This document shows positions 30,056-39,750 of a stretch of DNA of 64,000 nt, piece by piece. Position 1 is the first letter of the stretch. Every line of letters begins with the position of its first letter. Under the pieces are notes generated by a model. The model was not told the DNA's origin, did not search any database, and worked only from the letters and a program-made list of their open reading frames with translations. Source of the DNA: an uncultured virus (IMG/VR IMGVR_UViG_3300009502_000043) (Duplodnaviria; Heunggongvirae; Uroviricota; Caudoviricetes); IMG/VR virus record IMGVR_UViG_3300009502_000043. One strand, 5' to 3'. Made by a program: the position numbers and the translations under genes.

Positions 30056-31354
30056 ATGAAAAAGAATGTTTATCGAATATATGACAATACATTGTTACGT
30101 TTTATTGATGATAATCAAGTAGATGCATTTTGTAATGTAAAAGATGAAATTCAACTTGATTCTATTCAATATCTTGAAAATTTTCTTGCAGTAATTAATT
30201 CTACTGTTTGGAACTCAGGTATAAATAAAGATAAAATAAATAAGACTTGGAATACATTAGCTTTATTTAGACCTGAAATTGAAATAATAAAAAATTGTTT
30301 GAATGTTTCATTAATGTTGAAACAAGGATATTCAAATAAAAATTTATTTGGTATTTTGGTTGTAATTAAATCATCAAAAACAAATGATGTTCTTATTTCA
30401 AAAATATTTGAACAAAATGAATTTCATATTACAAATAATAAGGAATTAATTGATGGTAGTTTTTGGTTAGAAGAAGCAACTTTTAAAATACCAAAAATAA
30501 ATGATATAATGGTTGTTGATATTGTGAATATATTATATTCTGATATTGATGCAAACACCGGATATATTTCAAATTATCCAACTGAATTTATTCCATTAAT
30601 TGATGAAAAACCAGTACCAGATTATATTCAAACAAAAATTGCTTTTGATATTAATCATTTTTTGAAAATAAATTTAACAACAACCGAAAATAAAACAGTT
30701 AAACAATCAATACTTGACTATTTCGAATTAGAAATGGCAAATATTGAAGTTAAACATATTATCAATTATGGTACGGAATTATTGGGATTCAAATCAATTT
30801 CAGTAATAAATAATGACGACATTTTTGGACCAATCAATATTGGTTTGAATTTACTTGAATTTTCAACAGAAACAAATGATATTGTTAATATTTTCGTAAG
30901 TACTGAAATTCTTGTTGATGAAAAATTGATTGTTAGACAAGCTTCATTAAACACAACATTATTAGAAACAATTAATCCATTGGTTCAAAATATGTTGAGA
31001 TTTCCTGAAACTGTTTATCCTGTTAATGTTAGTATTGAAAATGTTGTACAAAATACAGTTATTGAAGCTCGTGAATCAGTAAAATTTGTTCCAATTATCC
31101 AACCAGTATTTGCTGAATTAATAACTGATGATATTAATTTTAATAATCAAAATATTAAATTCGATAATGTTGTTGCTGATTGTTATTTGTCTATTGGTGA
31201 TCCAATACAACAAGTAATAGAATCACATAAAACATCTGATAATATATATTATTTTGATTTATCTGAATTAACAAAACCAATAAAAAACACAACATATGAA
31301 TTACGATATTATGTTGGTAAAATTTTAATTGGTAAAGGAAATTTCTTAATTTAA
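30056..31354 (+). CDS. hypothetical protein
   Basis: 432 aa Ile/Asn-rich ORF. Confidence 0.65.
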   Translation: MKKNVYRIYDNTLLRFIDDNQVDAFCNVKDEIQLDSIQYLENFLAVINSTVWNSGINKDKINKTWNTLALFRPEIEIIKNCLNVSLMLKQGYSNKNLFGILVVIKSSKTNDVLISKIFEQNEFHITNNKELIDGSFWLEEATFKIPKINDIMVVDIVNILYSDIDANTGYISNYPTEFIPLIDEKPVPDYIQTKIAFDINHFLKINLTTTENKTVKQSILDYFELEMANIEVKHIINYGTELLGFKSISVINNDDIFGPINIGLNLLEFSTETNDIVNIFVSTEILVDEKLIVRQASLNTTLLETINPLVQNMLRFPETVYPVNVSIENVVQNTVIEARESVKFVPIIQPVFAELITDDINFNNQNIKFDNVVADCYLSIGDPIQQVIESHKTSDNIYYFDLSELTKPIKNTTYELRYYVGKILIGKGNFLI

Positions 31355-31384
31355 AAGTAATTTTATTTCGAGTATTTTTTCAAT

Positions 31385-31432
31385 TCATATTACAAAAAAT
31401 CCGTGGATATATTAAATTATCCACGGATTTTT
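31385..31432 (+). promoter_or_regulatory. Promoter motif variant overlapping a terminator-like hairpin
   Basis: TCATATT-N13-GGATATAT; hairpin AAAAAATCCGTGGATA...TATCCACGGATTTTTT at 31394-31432. Confidence 0.7.
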
Positions 31433-31448
31433 TATTTAATTTTTTGCT

Positions 31449-34400
31449 ATGTCTAATAACAAAATACTAACAGCTCAGGATATTGACGGTAATAGAAAAT
31501 CAATCGAAACACAAATTGAAAAAAATATTATCGAGTTCAATAAATTACGAATTAAAAAGAAAATCAAAGAAATTAAAGACATTAGAAAACATGAACAAAA
31601 ATTAGAATCAGAAACAATAACAGAGTTACTTACAAAAGAAGATATAATCAATTTACGAAATAAGTATTTTACCGATAATGAAACAGCATCATTTAGAGAA
31701 CAACAAAAAGAACAACTTCAATTAAAAAAGGAAAATTATTTTATAATGCGTCAAACAATTCAGGATTTGAATGAATTGAATGAATTTTCAGCAGAAATAG
31801 AAAGAAATAATATTCAAACAATTGATAACTTTTTACCTTTCAATGAAGTTATACAAAAATCAGTAGCAACATCAGGAACATTTCAAAAAATTGAACAAAT
31901 ACGTAAGGACAATATTAATGAATATATTCAATTATACTCTGATAAAAGTTTATCATTCAAGAGTGATCCTATTCAAATTTTGTTGAATATGCGTGAGTTA
32001 TATTCAATTGATAAAACAATTGATGATATTGATTTATATGAAAAATTTGAAATGGAATCAAACATTGATATGTCAAATAAATTGGCAGATATTTGTTTTC
32101 AAAAATATTCTAATAATGAAAAATCAGATAATATTATAAATGAATTTTCAAAAAATATAAATAATCCATTAGAAAAATTCGTTTCAAATCAAATTATTAA
32201 TAATAAAATGCTTGGTTTACTGTTGTTATCAAGTATGAATAATTCCAGAACATCTTTTATAACCAATAATTCTGTTACATGTTTAAAAACCATGTATTCA
32301 ACAACAGCAAATAATCAATATATTTACAATACACGTACACTTGGAGAATTATTGTACGAAATAACTAATGATGAAAATCGAGACATTGATAAACAATATA
32401 AACAACAAATATATTTAACCTATGATGGAAGTAGACCTTCATCTGAAGAATATTACAAATGGAATGGTTTACAAGTATTTGATATTGACTTGAAATATTG
32501 GAATGGAAATTTCGATTTATTAAAAAAGAAAATGTTTGAATATTTACATGATTTCCATTGGTTTCTTTGGATATGTAAATCTGCATCTGGAAAAGGTATT
32601 CATATTTATACAAAAGTATCACCACCACATCATGTTTATGTTGATTCAAAAGAAAATGAATATATAAGTAAATATTGGTTCAATGTTAATTATGCACATA
32701 AATCATCTGTAATTTATGATATACTTTATCGTTTGAATAAAGATAGATCAAGTAATATAAATTTTCCAAATAATTATTTCAATGAAGATTCAAATTTCTT
32801 TGAATTGACAAATAAAGTAATAATTGATGGTGATACAAAACTTATAGGTGTTGATAATACTGTTGCAAGAATAACATCAGGTATTCGTTTAACTTATGAT
32901 GAAAAACCAATTGTTAATCCAAATTTTTTAGATTTACATGTTGGATTAGGTTTAACACAAACATTAGATGGTCACAATTATCAAAAAACAATTAAAGAAG
33001 TTTTATTAAGAGAATCAACATATCATAGCAAATTAATATTGAAAATCAATGTTGATTTGATGGTTGTTAACATAAATGATATAAAAGACAATAAACCGTC
33101 AGATATTGATTTAAGTAAATTTATTACTTTAGGTGGTGATATATCAAATTTGTTACCTATTGCTCGTTCAGCTATTAATTACAATATGCGATATAATGTC
33201 TGTAATACATTAGCAGCATTATTTGGTAAAGATGGTTTACCAATAGCACATACTTTACTTGATTCCTATGGTTGTAAAAATGTTGGTGAAATAAATTCAT
33301 TCTATTCTTGTGCAATTAGTAATGGTAAAAAACCTTCTAAATTTGGATTAGATATTCTCAAAAAGAATGGAATAATAAAAACTATCGAACCTGAAGTAAA
33401 AGAAATAATAACAAATAACTTTAAAAATACTATTCGCAAAGCAATTGAAAATGCTTTAGATAATAAATTGAATCATCAAAATATTGAATTAGGTGATTAT
33501 GAATTTCTATCAGATAAAAAAGATATTCTTTTAAATCCTGCTAAAGGCGGAATAACTGGTTCCAAAATAAATATTATATTCTCTCCTCCTGGAACTGGAA
33601 AATGTCTTGGAAAAAACACACCAGTTTTAATGTTTGATTGTACAACAAAAATGATACAAGATATTAAAGTTGGTGATAAATTAATGGGATTAAATTCCAC
33701 ACCAAGAACAGTATTATCAACTTGTATTGGACAAGAAGAAATGTTTAGAATTATTCCTGAAAAAGGAGAACCATGGGAATGCAATAAATCACATATTCTT
33801 AGTGTTGTTGAATCAGGAATATATAATAGTGATTTTGGTAAAATACCAAACAACTATGATATACAAGATATTAACATATCTAAAATGTTAACATATTCAA
33901 AAAATCATAGAAAAAAATTATTTAGAGTTCCATTAAATTTTGAACATAATGATGTATTAATATCACCATATTTTTTAGGTTTATGGTTAGGTGATGGACA
34001 TTCTTCAAGAACTTCAGTTGCTGTTGGAGATATAGACAAAGATATAACAGTACCATTTTTAAATGCTTATGCTAAAAAATTAGATTGTAAATTAACAAGA
34101 TATGAAGATTTTAGGGATGGTCATAATGTATCCGAATATTCTATTGTTAGAGATGATAACGTATCAAATAAGTTATTAGATTTAATGAAATATTATGATA
34201 TTTTAAATAACAAACACATACCAAAAGATTATTTAATTAATGATCGTAAAACCAGATTAATGGTTTTTGCTGGATTAATTGATTCTGATGGTGGAGGAGC
34301 TGATGGAACTTATGATTATGTGACAAAATTACCACAGTTAAGAGATGATATAATATTTTTATGTCGTTCACTTGGTTATAATGTTAATTCAAAAGAAAAA

Positions 34401-36662
34401 ATAGTTGATGAAAAAATTTACCATAGAATTTTAATTAGCGGTAATTTTGAAGATGTTCCAGTAAGATTAATAAGGAAAAAATTCAAAAGAAATATAAATA
34501 AAAATCCATTAGTTACAGGATTTAAAATTGAATCAATAGGTATTGGTGATTATTATGGATTTGAAATTGATGGTGATAAACGTTTTATGCTTGGTGATTT
34601 TACAGTCACACATAATACAGAATTTATTAAAACACTTGCAAGAGACGGAAAACGTATCTTGTTGGTATTGCCATATATATCTGTCATCAAAAATAAAATT
34701 GAAACTGACGAAACTATTATGACAATGTTTGATTGTTATTATGGAACAAAAGATATAAAACAAATAGAATATGGAATTAATGCAGTAACAACTTTCGATA
34801 AATTCGCAAGATCAAATTATGATAAATTATCAAAAATGTTTGATTTTATATTCATAGATGAATCGCATTTATTGTTTACATCAGCATATCGTATTGAAGC
34901 AACAAGTAATGTTATTAAGAAAATCAAAGAATTATTTTTCATATCATCAAATGATCCATTCGCAGCTAAATTGTGTTTATTGACAGGAACTGAAACTGGT
35001 GAAAGTTATTTTTTCAGTTCAGTTGCAAATATAATCAGAGTAAATAAGAAATCATTAAATAAAACAATGGAATTTCTTATATGTGATGATTTATTGGATT
35101 CAGTAACACGTTTAGCAAGTGAATCATATAATTTACTTTCCGAAGGTTATAGATTATTAATTCCAACCAATAAAGGTGAAATATATTCTGAAAAACTTAT
35201 CGGAATGATTGAATATTTATTAGGAAGACCATTAAGATATGGTTATTATAAACGTTCAAATACCGAACAAGAAATATGTAAATTAATAAATGATCACAAT
35301 ACTGTTGGTGATTATGAAGTAATTTTTTGTTCAAATTATCTTTCTGTTGGTGTTGATATAAATGACAGAGTTAAATTCGCATCAATATATCTTGGTCCAT
35401 TTTCAGGTTATGAAATAGAACAATTCAATGCAAGAATTAGAAAATCCGGTATAAAATCAGTATGTTGTATACAAACTCAAAAAGCAGATGGAACAACAAA
35501 TGATTTATTATTGGAAGAACCAAATTTGTTATTAAGAATTACAGAAGAAGATCGTGACAATTTCATTGATGATAAGGCAATAGCATCTGCCAAACAAGAT
35601 TTCATTGCACAATATGATCCAGTTTTACATAAAATTGTTACTCCTGGATTTAGTTATTTTAATGGCAAAATTCGTTTTAATCTTGAAGAATATGAATTGA
35701 TGTCTTTTGAAAATAAGTACAATGAATGTATGCAACACCCAGTTAAAGTTGCAAGAGAACTTAACAAATATGGTTATAAAATTCATGTAAGTACTGAATT
35801 TGAAGGATTAGATTTAGTTAAACAAGAAGAATTAAAACAAATTGGTATAAAATCAGCCAAAGATGAAAAATTAAGAAAACATACATTATTGGTTGGAACT
35901 TACATAGATTTGGTTCAAAAAAATACTTACATAAATTCAAGTGGACTTGAGTTTAACGATATTATTGGTTGGATTGGAAAACATCCAGATTCTGTTATTG
36001 AAGATAGAAGTATTGAAAATTTCGTAAACATAAGATTTGATGTTTTCGCAAGTCCAATAGAAGTTACAGTTAAATCCAAAGAAGCATTAGATTTAATGTA
36101 CAGACCAGCCAAATATTTAATATCAAAATACTCAGTTACAAAAGCTGTTGATATTATAAATCAATATATTGATGATAACGGAATATTAAAACAAAAATTA
36201 TTCAAAAGAGCAATAAACTTATTGAAATTAGTTGATTCTTCTGATGCAAATGAATTAACTGAACCAATGACAAATATGTTGGAAAAAATGTATGATTTTG
36301 TTGATGATTTCGAACTTAAAAAGGATCATAAAATCAGTTATAATACGTATAATTCAAAAATTGATGAATGGTCAAATAGTTACATAGATCAATTGGGAAT
36401 CAAAATAAATACAACTTACGGATTTGATAAAATAAAAGATTCCTTATTAGAAATGTTAGCAGATATTGCAACAAAAACAACATCAAAAAACGGTATTAGA
36501 TTTTCATACAATAAATTGCCTGATCAAGATAGTTCAACAGTTTTAAATCGTAAAAGTGTTGATTCTATGATACAAAGAATGTTTCAAATTACATCTGAAG
36601 TAATTCAATCAGATAAAAATGTAAGACAAAAACATATCATATTAGTTGCACAAGACTTTTAA
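31449..36662 (+). CDS. Primase (AEP, BT4734/VirE-N-like) fused to an SF2 helicase; contains an intein
   Basis: WNGLQVFDID, SASGKGIHIY; helicase motifs SPPGTGK|T, LVLPY, FIDESH, LTGT, SVGVDI, EQFNARIR. Confidence 0.8.
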   Translation: MSNNKILTAQDIDGNRKSIETQIEKNIIEFNKLRIKKKIKEIKDIRKHEQKLESETITELLTKEDIINLRNKYFTDNETASFREQQKEQLQLKKENYFIMRQTIQDLNELNEFSAEIERNNIQTIDNFLPFNEVIQKSVATSGTFQKIEQIRKDNINEYIQLYSDKSLSFKSDPIQILLNMRELYSIDKTIDDIDLYEKFEMESNIDMSNKLADICFQKYSNNEKSDNIINEFSKNINNPLEKFVSNQIINNKMLGLLLLSSMNNSRTSFITNNSVTCLKTMYSTTANNQYIYNTRTLGELLYEITNDENRDIDKQYKQQIYLTYDGSRPSSEEYYKWNGLQVFDIDLKYWNGNFDLLKKKMFEYLHDFHWFLWICKSASGKGIHIYTKVSPPHHVYVDSKENEYISKYWFNVNYAHKSSVIYDILYRLNKDRSSNINFPNNYFNEDSNFFELTNKVIIDGDTKLIGVDNTVARITSGIRLTYDEKPIVNPNFLDLHVGLGLTQTLDGHNYQKTIKEVLLRESTYHSKLILKINVDLMVVNINDIKDNKPSDIDLSKFITLGGDISNLLPIARSAINYNMRYNVCNTLAALFGKDGLPIAHTLLDSYGCKNVGEINSFYSCAISNGKKPSKFGLDILKKNGIIKTIEPEVKEIITNNFKNTIRKAIENALDNKLNHQNIELGDYEFLSDKKDILLNPAKGGITGSKINIIFSPPGTGKCLGKNTPVLMFDCTTKMIQDIKVGDKLMGLNSTPRTVLSTCIGQEEMFRIIPEKGEPWECNKSHILSVVESGIYNSDFGKIPNNYDIQDINISKMLTYSKNHRKKLFRVPLNFEHNDVLISPYFLGLWLGDGHSSRTSVAVGDIDKDITVPFLNAYAKKLDCKLTRYEDFRDGHNVSEYSIVRDDNVSNKLLDLMKYYDILNNKHIPKDYLINDRKTRLMVFAGLIDSDGGGADGTYDYVTKLPQLRDDIIFLCRSLGYNVNSKEKIVDEKIYHRILISGNFEDVPVRLIRKKFKRNINKNPLVTGFKIESIGIGDYYGFEIDGDKRFMLGDFTVTHNTEFIKTLARDGKRILLVLPYISVIKNKIETDETIMTMFDCYYGTKDIKQIEYGINAVTTFDKFARSNYDKLSKMFDFIFIDESHLLFTSAYRIEATSNVIKKIKELFFISSNDPFAAKLCLLTGTETGESYFFSSVANIIRVNKKSLNKTMEFLICDDLLDSVTRLASESYNLLSEGYRLLIPTNKGEIYSEKLIGMIEYLLGRPLRYGYYKRSNTEQEICKLINDHNTVGDYEVIFCSNYLSVGVDINDRVKFASIYLGPFSGYEIEQFNARIRKSGIKSVCCIQTQKADGTTNDLLLEEPNLLLRITEEDRDNFIDDKAIASAKQDFIAQYDPVLHKIVTPGFSYFNGKIRFNLEEYELMSFENKYNECMQHPVKVARELNKYGYKIHVSTEFEGLDLVKQEELKQIGIKSAKDEKLRKHTLLVGTYIDLVQKNTYINSSGLEFNDIIGWIGKHPDSVIEDRSIENFVNIRFDVFASPIEVTVKSKEALDLMYRPAKYLISKYSVTKAVDIINQYIDDNGILKQKLFKRAINLLKLVDSSDANELTEPMTNMLEKMYDFVDDFELKKDHKISYNTYNSKIDEWSNSYIDQLGIKINTTYGFDKIKDSLLEMLADIATKTTSKNGIRFSYNKLPDQDSSTVLNRKSVDSMIQRMFQITSEVIQSDKNVRQKHIILVAQDF
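33603..34616 (+). mobile_element. Intein (338 aa) with LAGLIDADG homing endonuclease
   Basis: Begins CLGKNTPV, block B CNKSHIL, LGLWLGDG and FAGLIDSDG, ends YYGFEIDGDKRFMLGDFTVTHN then T; inserted in the Walker A motif GK|T. Confidence 0.95.
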
Positions 36663-36673
36663 AAAATAATATT

Positions 36674-36871
36674 ATGAAATCATTAGCTGATGATTATGAA
36701 GTTCCAGCAAGATGTTATTATTATCTACTTGATTGGAATGAACAAAATAGACATGCTTATATGTTTTTAACTTTTAATAAATCAAGACTTTGTGATTTGA
36801 TAAATTCAGAATTTTGGCAACTATATGAATTTGCAACAAAAGATGATATGACTAATTTCAAAATTTCATGA
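36674..36871 (+). CDS. small hypothetical protein
   Basis: 65 aa ORF. Confidence 0.45.
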   Translation: MKSLADDYEVPARCYYYLLDWNEQNRHAYMFLTFNKSRLCDLINSEFWQLYEFATKDDMTNFKIS

Positions 36872-36884
36872 TTTTATTTTCAAC

Positions 36885-36912
36885 CCATAAAAATTGAAGA
36901 AAATAGATATAT
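36885..36912 (+). promoter_or_regulatory. Putative phage promoter motif, variant
   Basis: CCATAAA-N13-AGATATAT. Confidence 0.5.
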
Positions 36913-36937
36913 TAATTTTGTAATTAAATTGATTCCA

Positions 36938-38587
36938 ATGACATTTTTCGAAGAAGCACAAACAAATTCTGATCTTACTGATAAAGAAAAAGTAATTGTC
37001 ATGCGCAATACTTTTTTACAACAAAAAACACCTGAAAATATAATTACTAATGTTGGTGATTATTTAGCTGAAAATTTTGGTAAAATTGATGGGTTTGAAT
37101 ATAAATGGAATTCTTTAATCACAAGTAATCCACTTTTATTCGAAGATGTTGATTATGTCAGAGTTAGAGCTTTTGTTGATAATTCAATAACTCCGGAAGA
37201 AATACAAGCTTATAAAGATGGTAAATTACATGAATTATATGCAACATTAGAAAACATGTTGATTTGTAATTTACAATATTACGATCGTATAATGGCTTTT
37301 TGTACTATGGTGTTTTTACATTATGTACGTTTGTCCGATAATGAATTAACATCAGAAGATTTAGATACAATTCCATTTATTATGGAAATGACACCAACTC
37401 AAATATGGTGTTGTGCTATGTCAAATCAAAATAGTACAGAATGGGAATTAAATTATGCTTGGAGTATTAATAATACAAATATAATAAAAGTTGTTGAAGA
37501 TAATAAATCAATTCTTCAAAGCAATTGGATGCTTTTATACAAAAATCCTATATTTGCCAAATTTATTTCGTATTGTTCAATCAGAACAGAAGTTGAAACA
37601 TATCGGGCAGCATTTAATTGTGATAAAACATCAAATAAAAAATTAGGTCAAGTATGTTCAAAATTCACAAGAACATCAATTGCAATATCTGATGATCAAT
37701 TATCAACATTAATTGATTACGTTCATGAAATCGACAATGTAAATCAAAAATTATACAATTCATTGTTTGGTTGTTTGAAAAATCTATTTAATGGTGATCA
37801 TTCACAATTTGCCATTTATATTTTTAATCGTGAATTTTATATTCATAGCTCTAAATTTTCAATGAAAGTAAGTAAAAATGAAAATGGAGTGATAAGTAAA
37901 GATTATTTGGCAAATTCATATGAATGTTTTGTTGCTGAAGAATTTTTAGCTGAAAGTATAAAATCCCAATTAGAATGGGCTCGTTATAAATTACCAATCA
38001 ACTTTGAATATGAAAAACAAATTTTGGTAAGTTTACTAAACGAAATGGTTAAACAAAACTATCGAAATATTTTGTGTATAAAACGAATGAATGAATATGG
38101 GATTATATCAAAATTAACTTTTTCAGGTGTATTTAACAACATTTTTATTAATGAAGAATTAATGTTTGATAATCGTTGTATTAAATCAAATAAAGTTTGT
38201 TTATCAAAATCAAATGCTGTAAAATATATTGTTGATCGTGGTTATTATCTTTTTGGAACTGAAAAAGATGTTTATGATATAGCTTTAGCTGAAACAATAA
38301 ATCGTAAACTTTTAACAGCACATTACATAAACTATTGTGTACCAATTTTACAACATATGTTTGAAGTTATTGCACTTCACAACTTATCAAAAAATGATAT
38401 TATTGATGTTGTTTGTTCTGGAATACTTAATCCAAATAAATTGAACAATCAAAATATAAAATATACAACAATTCGTGGTGGAAATGTTGATTCCAAAAAA
38501 TTAATGGCAGTTGGACTTGACAAGCAAAACAAAAAGAATGATTTTTCAAAGAAAAGTTATTGGAGAGTAATAGAAAATCAAAATTAA
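36938..38587 (+). CDS. hypothetical protein
   Basis: ~549 aa ORF (ATG 36938; in-frame TTG at 36929), no recognised motif. Confidence 0.7.
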   Translation: MTFFEEAQTNSDLTDKEKVIVMRNTFLQQKTPENIITNVGDYLAENFGKIDGFEYKWNSLITSNPLLFEDVDYVRVRAFVDNSITPEEIQAYKDGKLHELYATLENMLICNLQYYDRIMAFCTMVFLHYVRLSDNELTSEDLDTIPFIMEMTPTQIWCCAMSNQNSTEWELNYAWSINNTNIIKVVEDNKSILQSNWMLLYKNPIFAKFISYCSIRTEVETYRAAFNCDKTSNKKLGQVCSKFTRTSIAISDDQLSTLIDYVHEIDNVNQKLYNSLFGCLKNLFNGDHSQFAIYIFNREFYIHSSKFSMKVSKNENGVISKDYLANSYECFVAEEFLAESIKSQLEWARYKLPINFEYEKQILVSLLNEMVKQNYRNILCIKRMNEYGIISKLTFSGVFNNIFINEELMFDNRCIKSNKVCLSKSNAVKYIVDRGYYLFGTEKDVYDIALAETINRKLLTAHYINYCVPILQHMFEVIALHNLSKNDIIDVVCSGILNPNKLNNQNIKYTTIRGGNVDSKKLMAVGLDKQNKKNDFSKKSYWRVIENQN

Positions 38588-38593
38588 AATTTT

Positions 38594-39493
38594 ATGAGTT
38601 ATTTAAATTTCGAATATCAATATCTTGAAAGTTTAAAACATATTCTTGCTAATGGTGAAATATCTGATAATCGCACAGGTATTGATACAATATCTGTGCA
38701 ACATCAATATTTTTACATAAAAGATGTTTATAAGAATTTTCCTATTCTTAAAGGTAAGAAACTTTTTCCTTATATGTCCGTAACTGAAACATTATGGTTT
38801 TTACAAGGAAGAACAGATGTTAAATTCCTTAATGATCATGGTGTTTCATACTGGAATAAATGGGTTAATAAAGAAGGAACAATTGGTAAATCATATGGCT
38901 ATCAATTTCGTAATGGTAGTGATCAATTAACAACTTTATTGAATAATATTATTAAATCACCAAATTCAAGAAGATTAATTTTAAATCTTTGGAATGTTGA
39001 AGATTTAAAAGATATGACACTTGAACCATGTGTTTATGATTTTCATTTTCATTGTTCTAAAATTAAGAATTTTCAGTGTTTTATTGATATGCATGTTAAG
39101 CAACGTTCAGCTGATATGTTTTTAGGTTTTCCATATGATGCAATGAATGCTGGAATACTTTTATCAATTATTTGTGATTATTTATCATTAATAACAAATA
39201 CAACATATAAACCAAGAGATATACATTATACAACAGATGATACACATATTTATAAAAATCATTATACACAAGTATATCAATACATAAATAATGTTGAAGA
39301 AAATAAATTTAATGTTATCAATCAAGAAACAAAATTAAAATTCAATACATTTAATGATCATATGTTTAACACAATTGATGATTATGTGAAATTTTATCTT
39401 GATTCTTTTGATGATAAAAAATATGGTGCCATTGAATTTGATAGAAAATGGAATCATATATATCAAACAATACCAGCTGAAGTTGCAGTATAA
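38594..39493 (+). CDS. thyA: Thymidylate synthase-family enzyme, Asn-to-Asp variant (possible dCMP methylase/hydroxymethylase)
   Basis: DNRTG, ETLWF, YGYQ.R, SRR...WN, LEPC, QRSADMFLGFPYD, DTHIY..H, C-terminal VAV. Confidence 0.85.
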   Translation: MSYLNFEYQYLESLKHILANGEISDNRTGIDTISVQHQYFYIKDVYKNFPILKGKKLFPYMSVTETLWFLQGRTDVKFLNDHGVSYWNKWVNKEGTIGKSYGYQFRNGSDQLTTLLNNIIKSPNSRRLILNLWNVEDLKDMTLEPCVYDFHFHCSKIKNFQCFIDMHVKQRSADMFLGFPYDAMNAGILLSIICDYLSLITNTTYKPRDIHYTTDDTHIYKNHYTQVYQYINNVEENKFNVINQETKLKFNTFNDHMFNTIDDYVKFYLDSFDDKKYGAIEFDRKWNHIYQTIPAEVAV

Positions 39494-39520
39494 TTAATTT
39501 AAAAATAAAAACGATAAAAC

Positions 39521-39745
39521 ATGACACATTATAGAATAATACAAATTGATAAAAATAAGTTCAGAGTTGATATAAAAAGTTATAAATTTTTCAATTTAAT
39601 TCCGTATTGGAAAACACAAATTGCATATGATTTAGCATTAGGTGTTAAACACTATATTAATTCAAATGTATTGGGTTGTTTAAAATACATAAAAGAAATC
39701 AATAGAGAAGTACATCATAAAATAACAATAATATATAATTTTTAA
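39521..39745 (+). CDS. small hypothetical protein
   Basis: 74 aa ORF. Confidence 0.5.
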   Translation: MTHYRIIQIDKNKFRVDIKSYKFFNLIPYWKTQIAYDLALGVKHYINSNVLGCLKYIKEINREVHHKITIIYNF

Positions 39746-39750
39746 CTATT

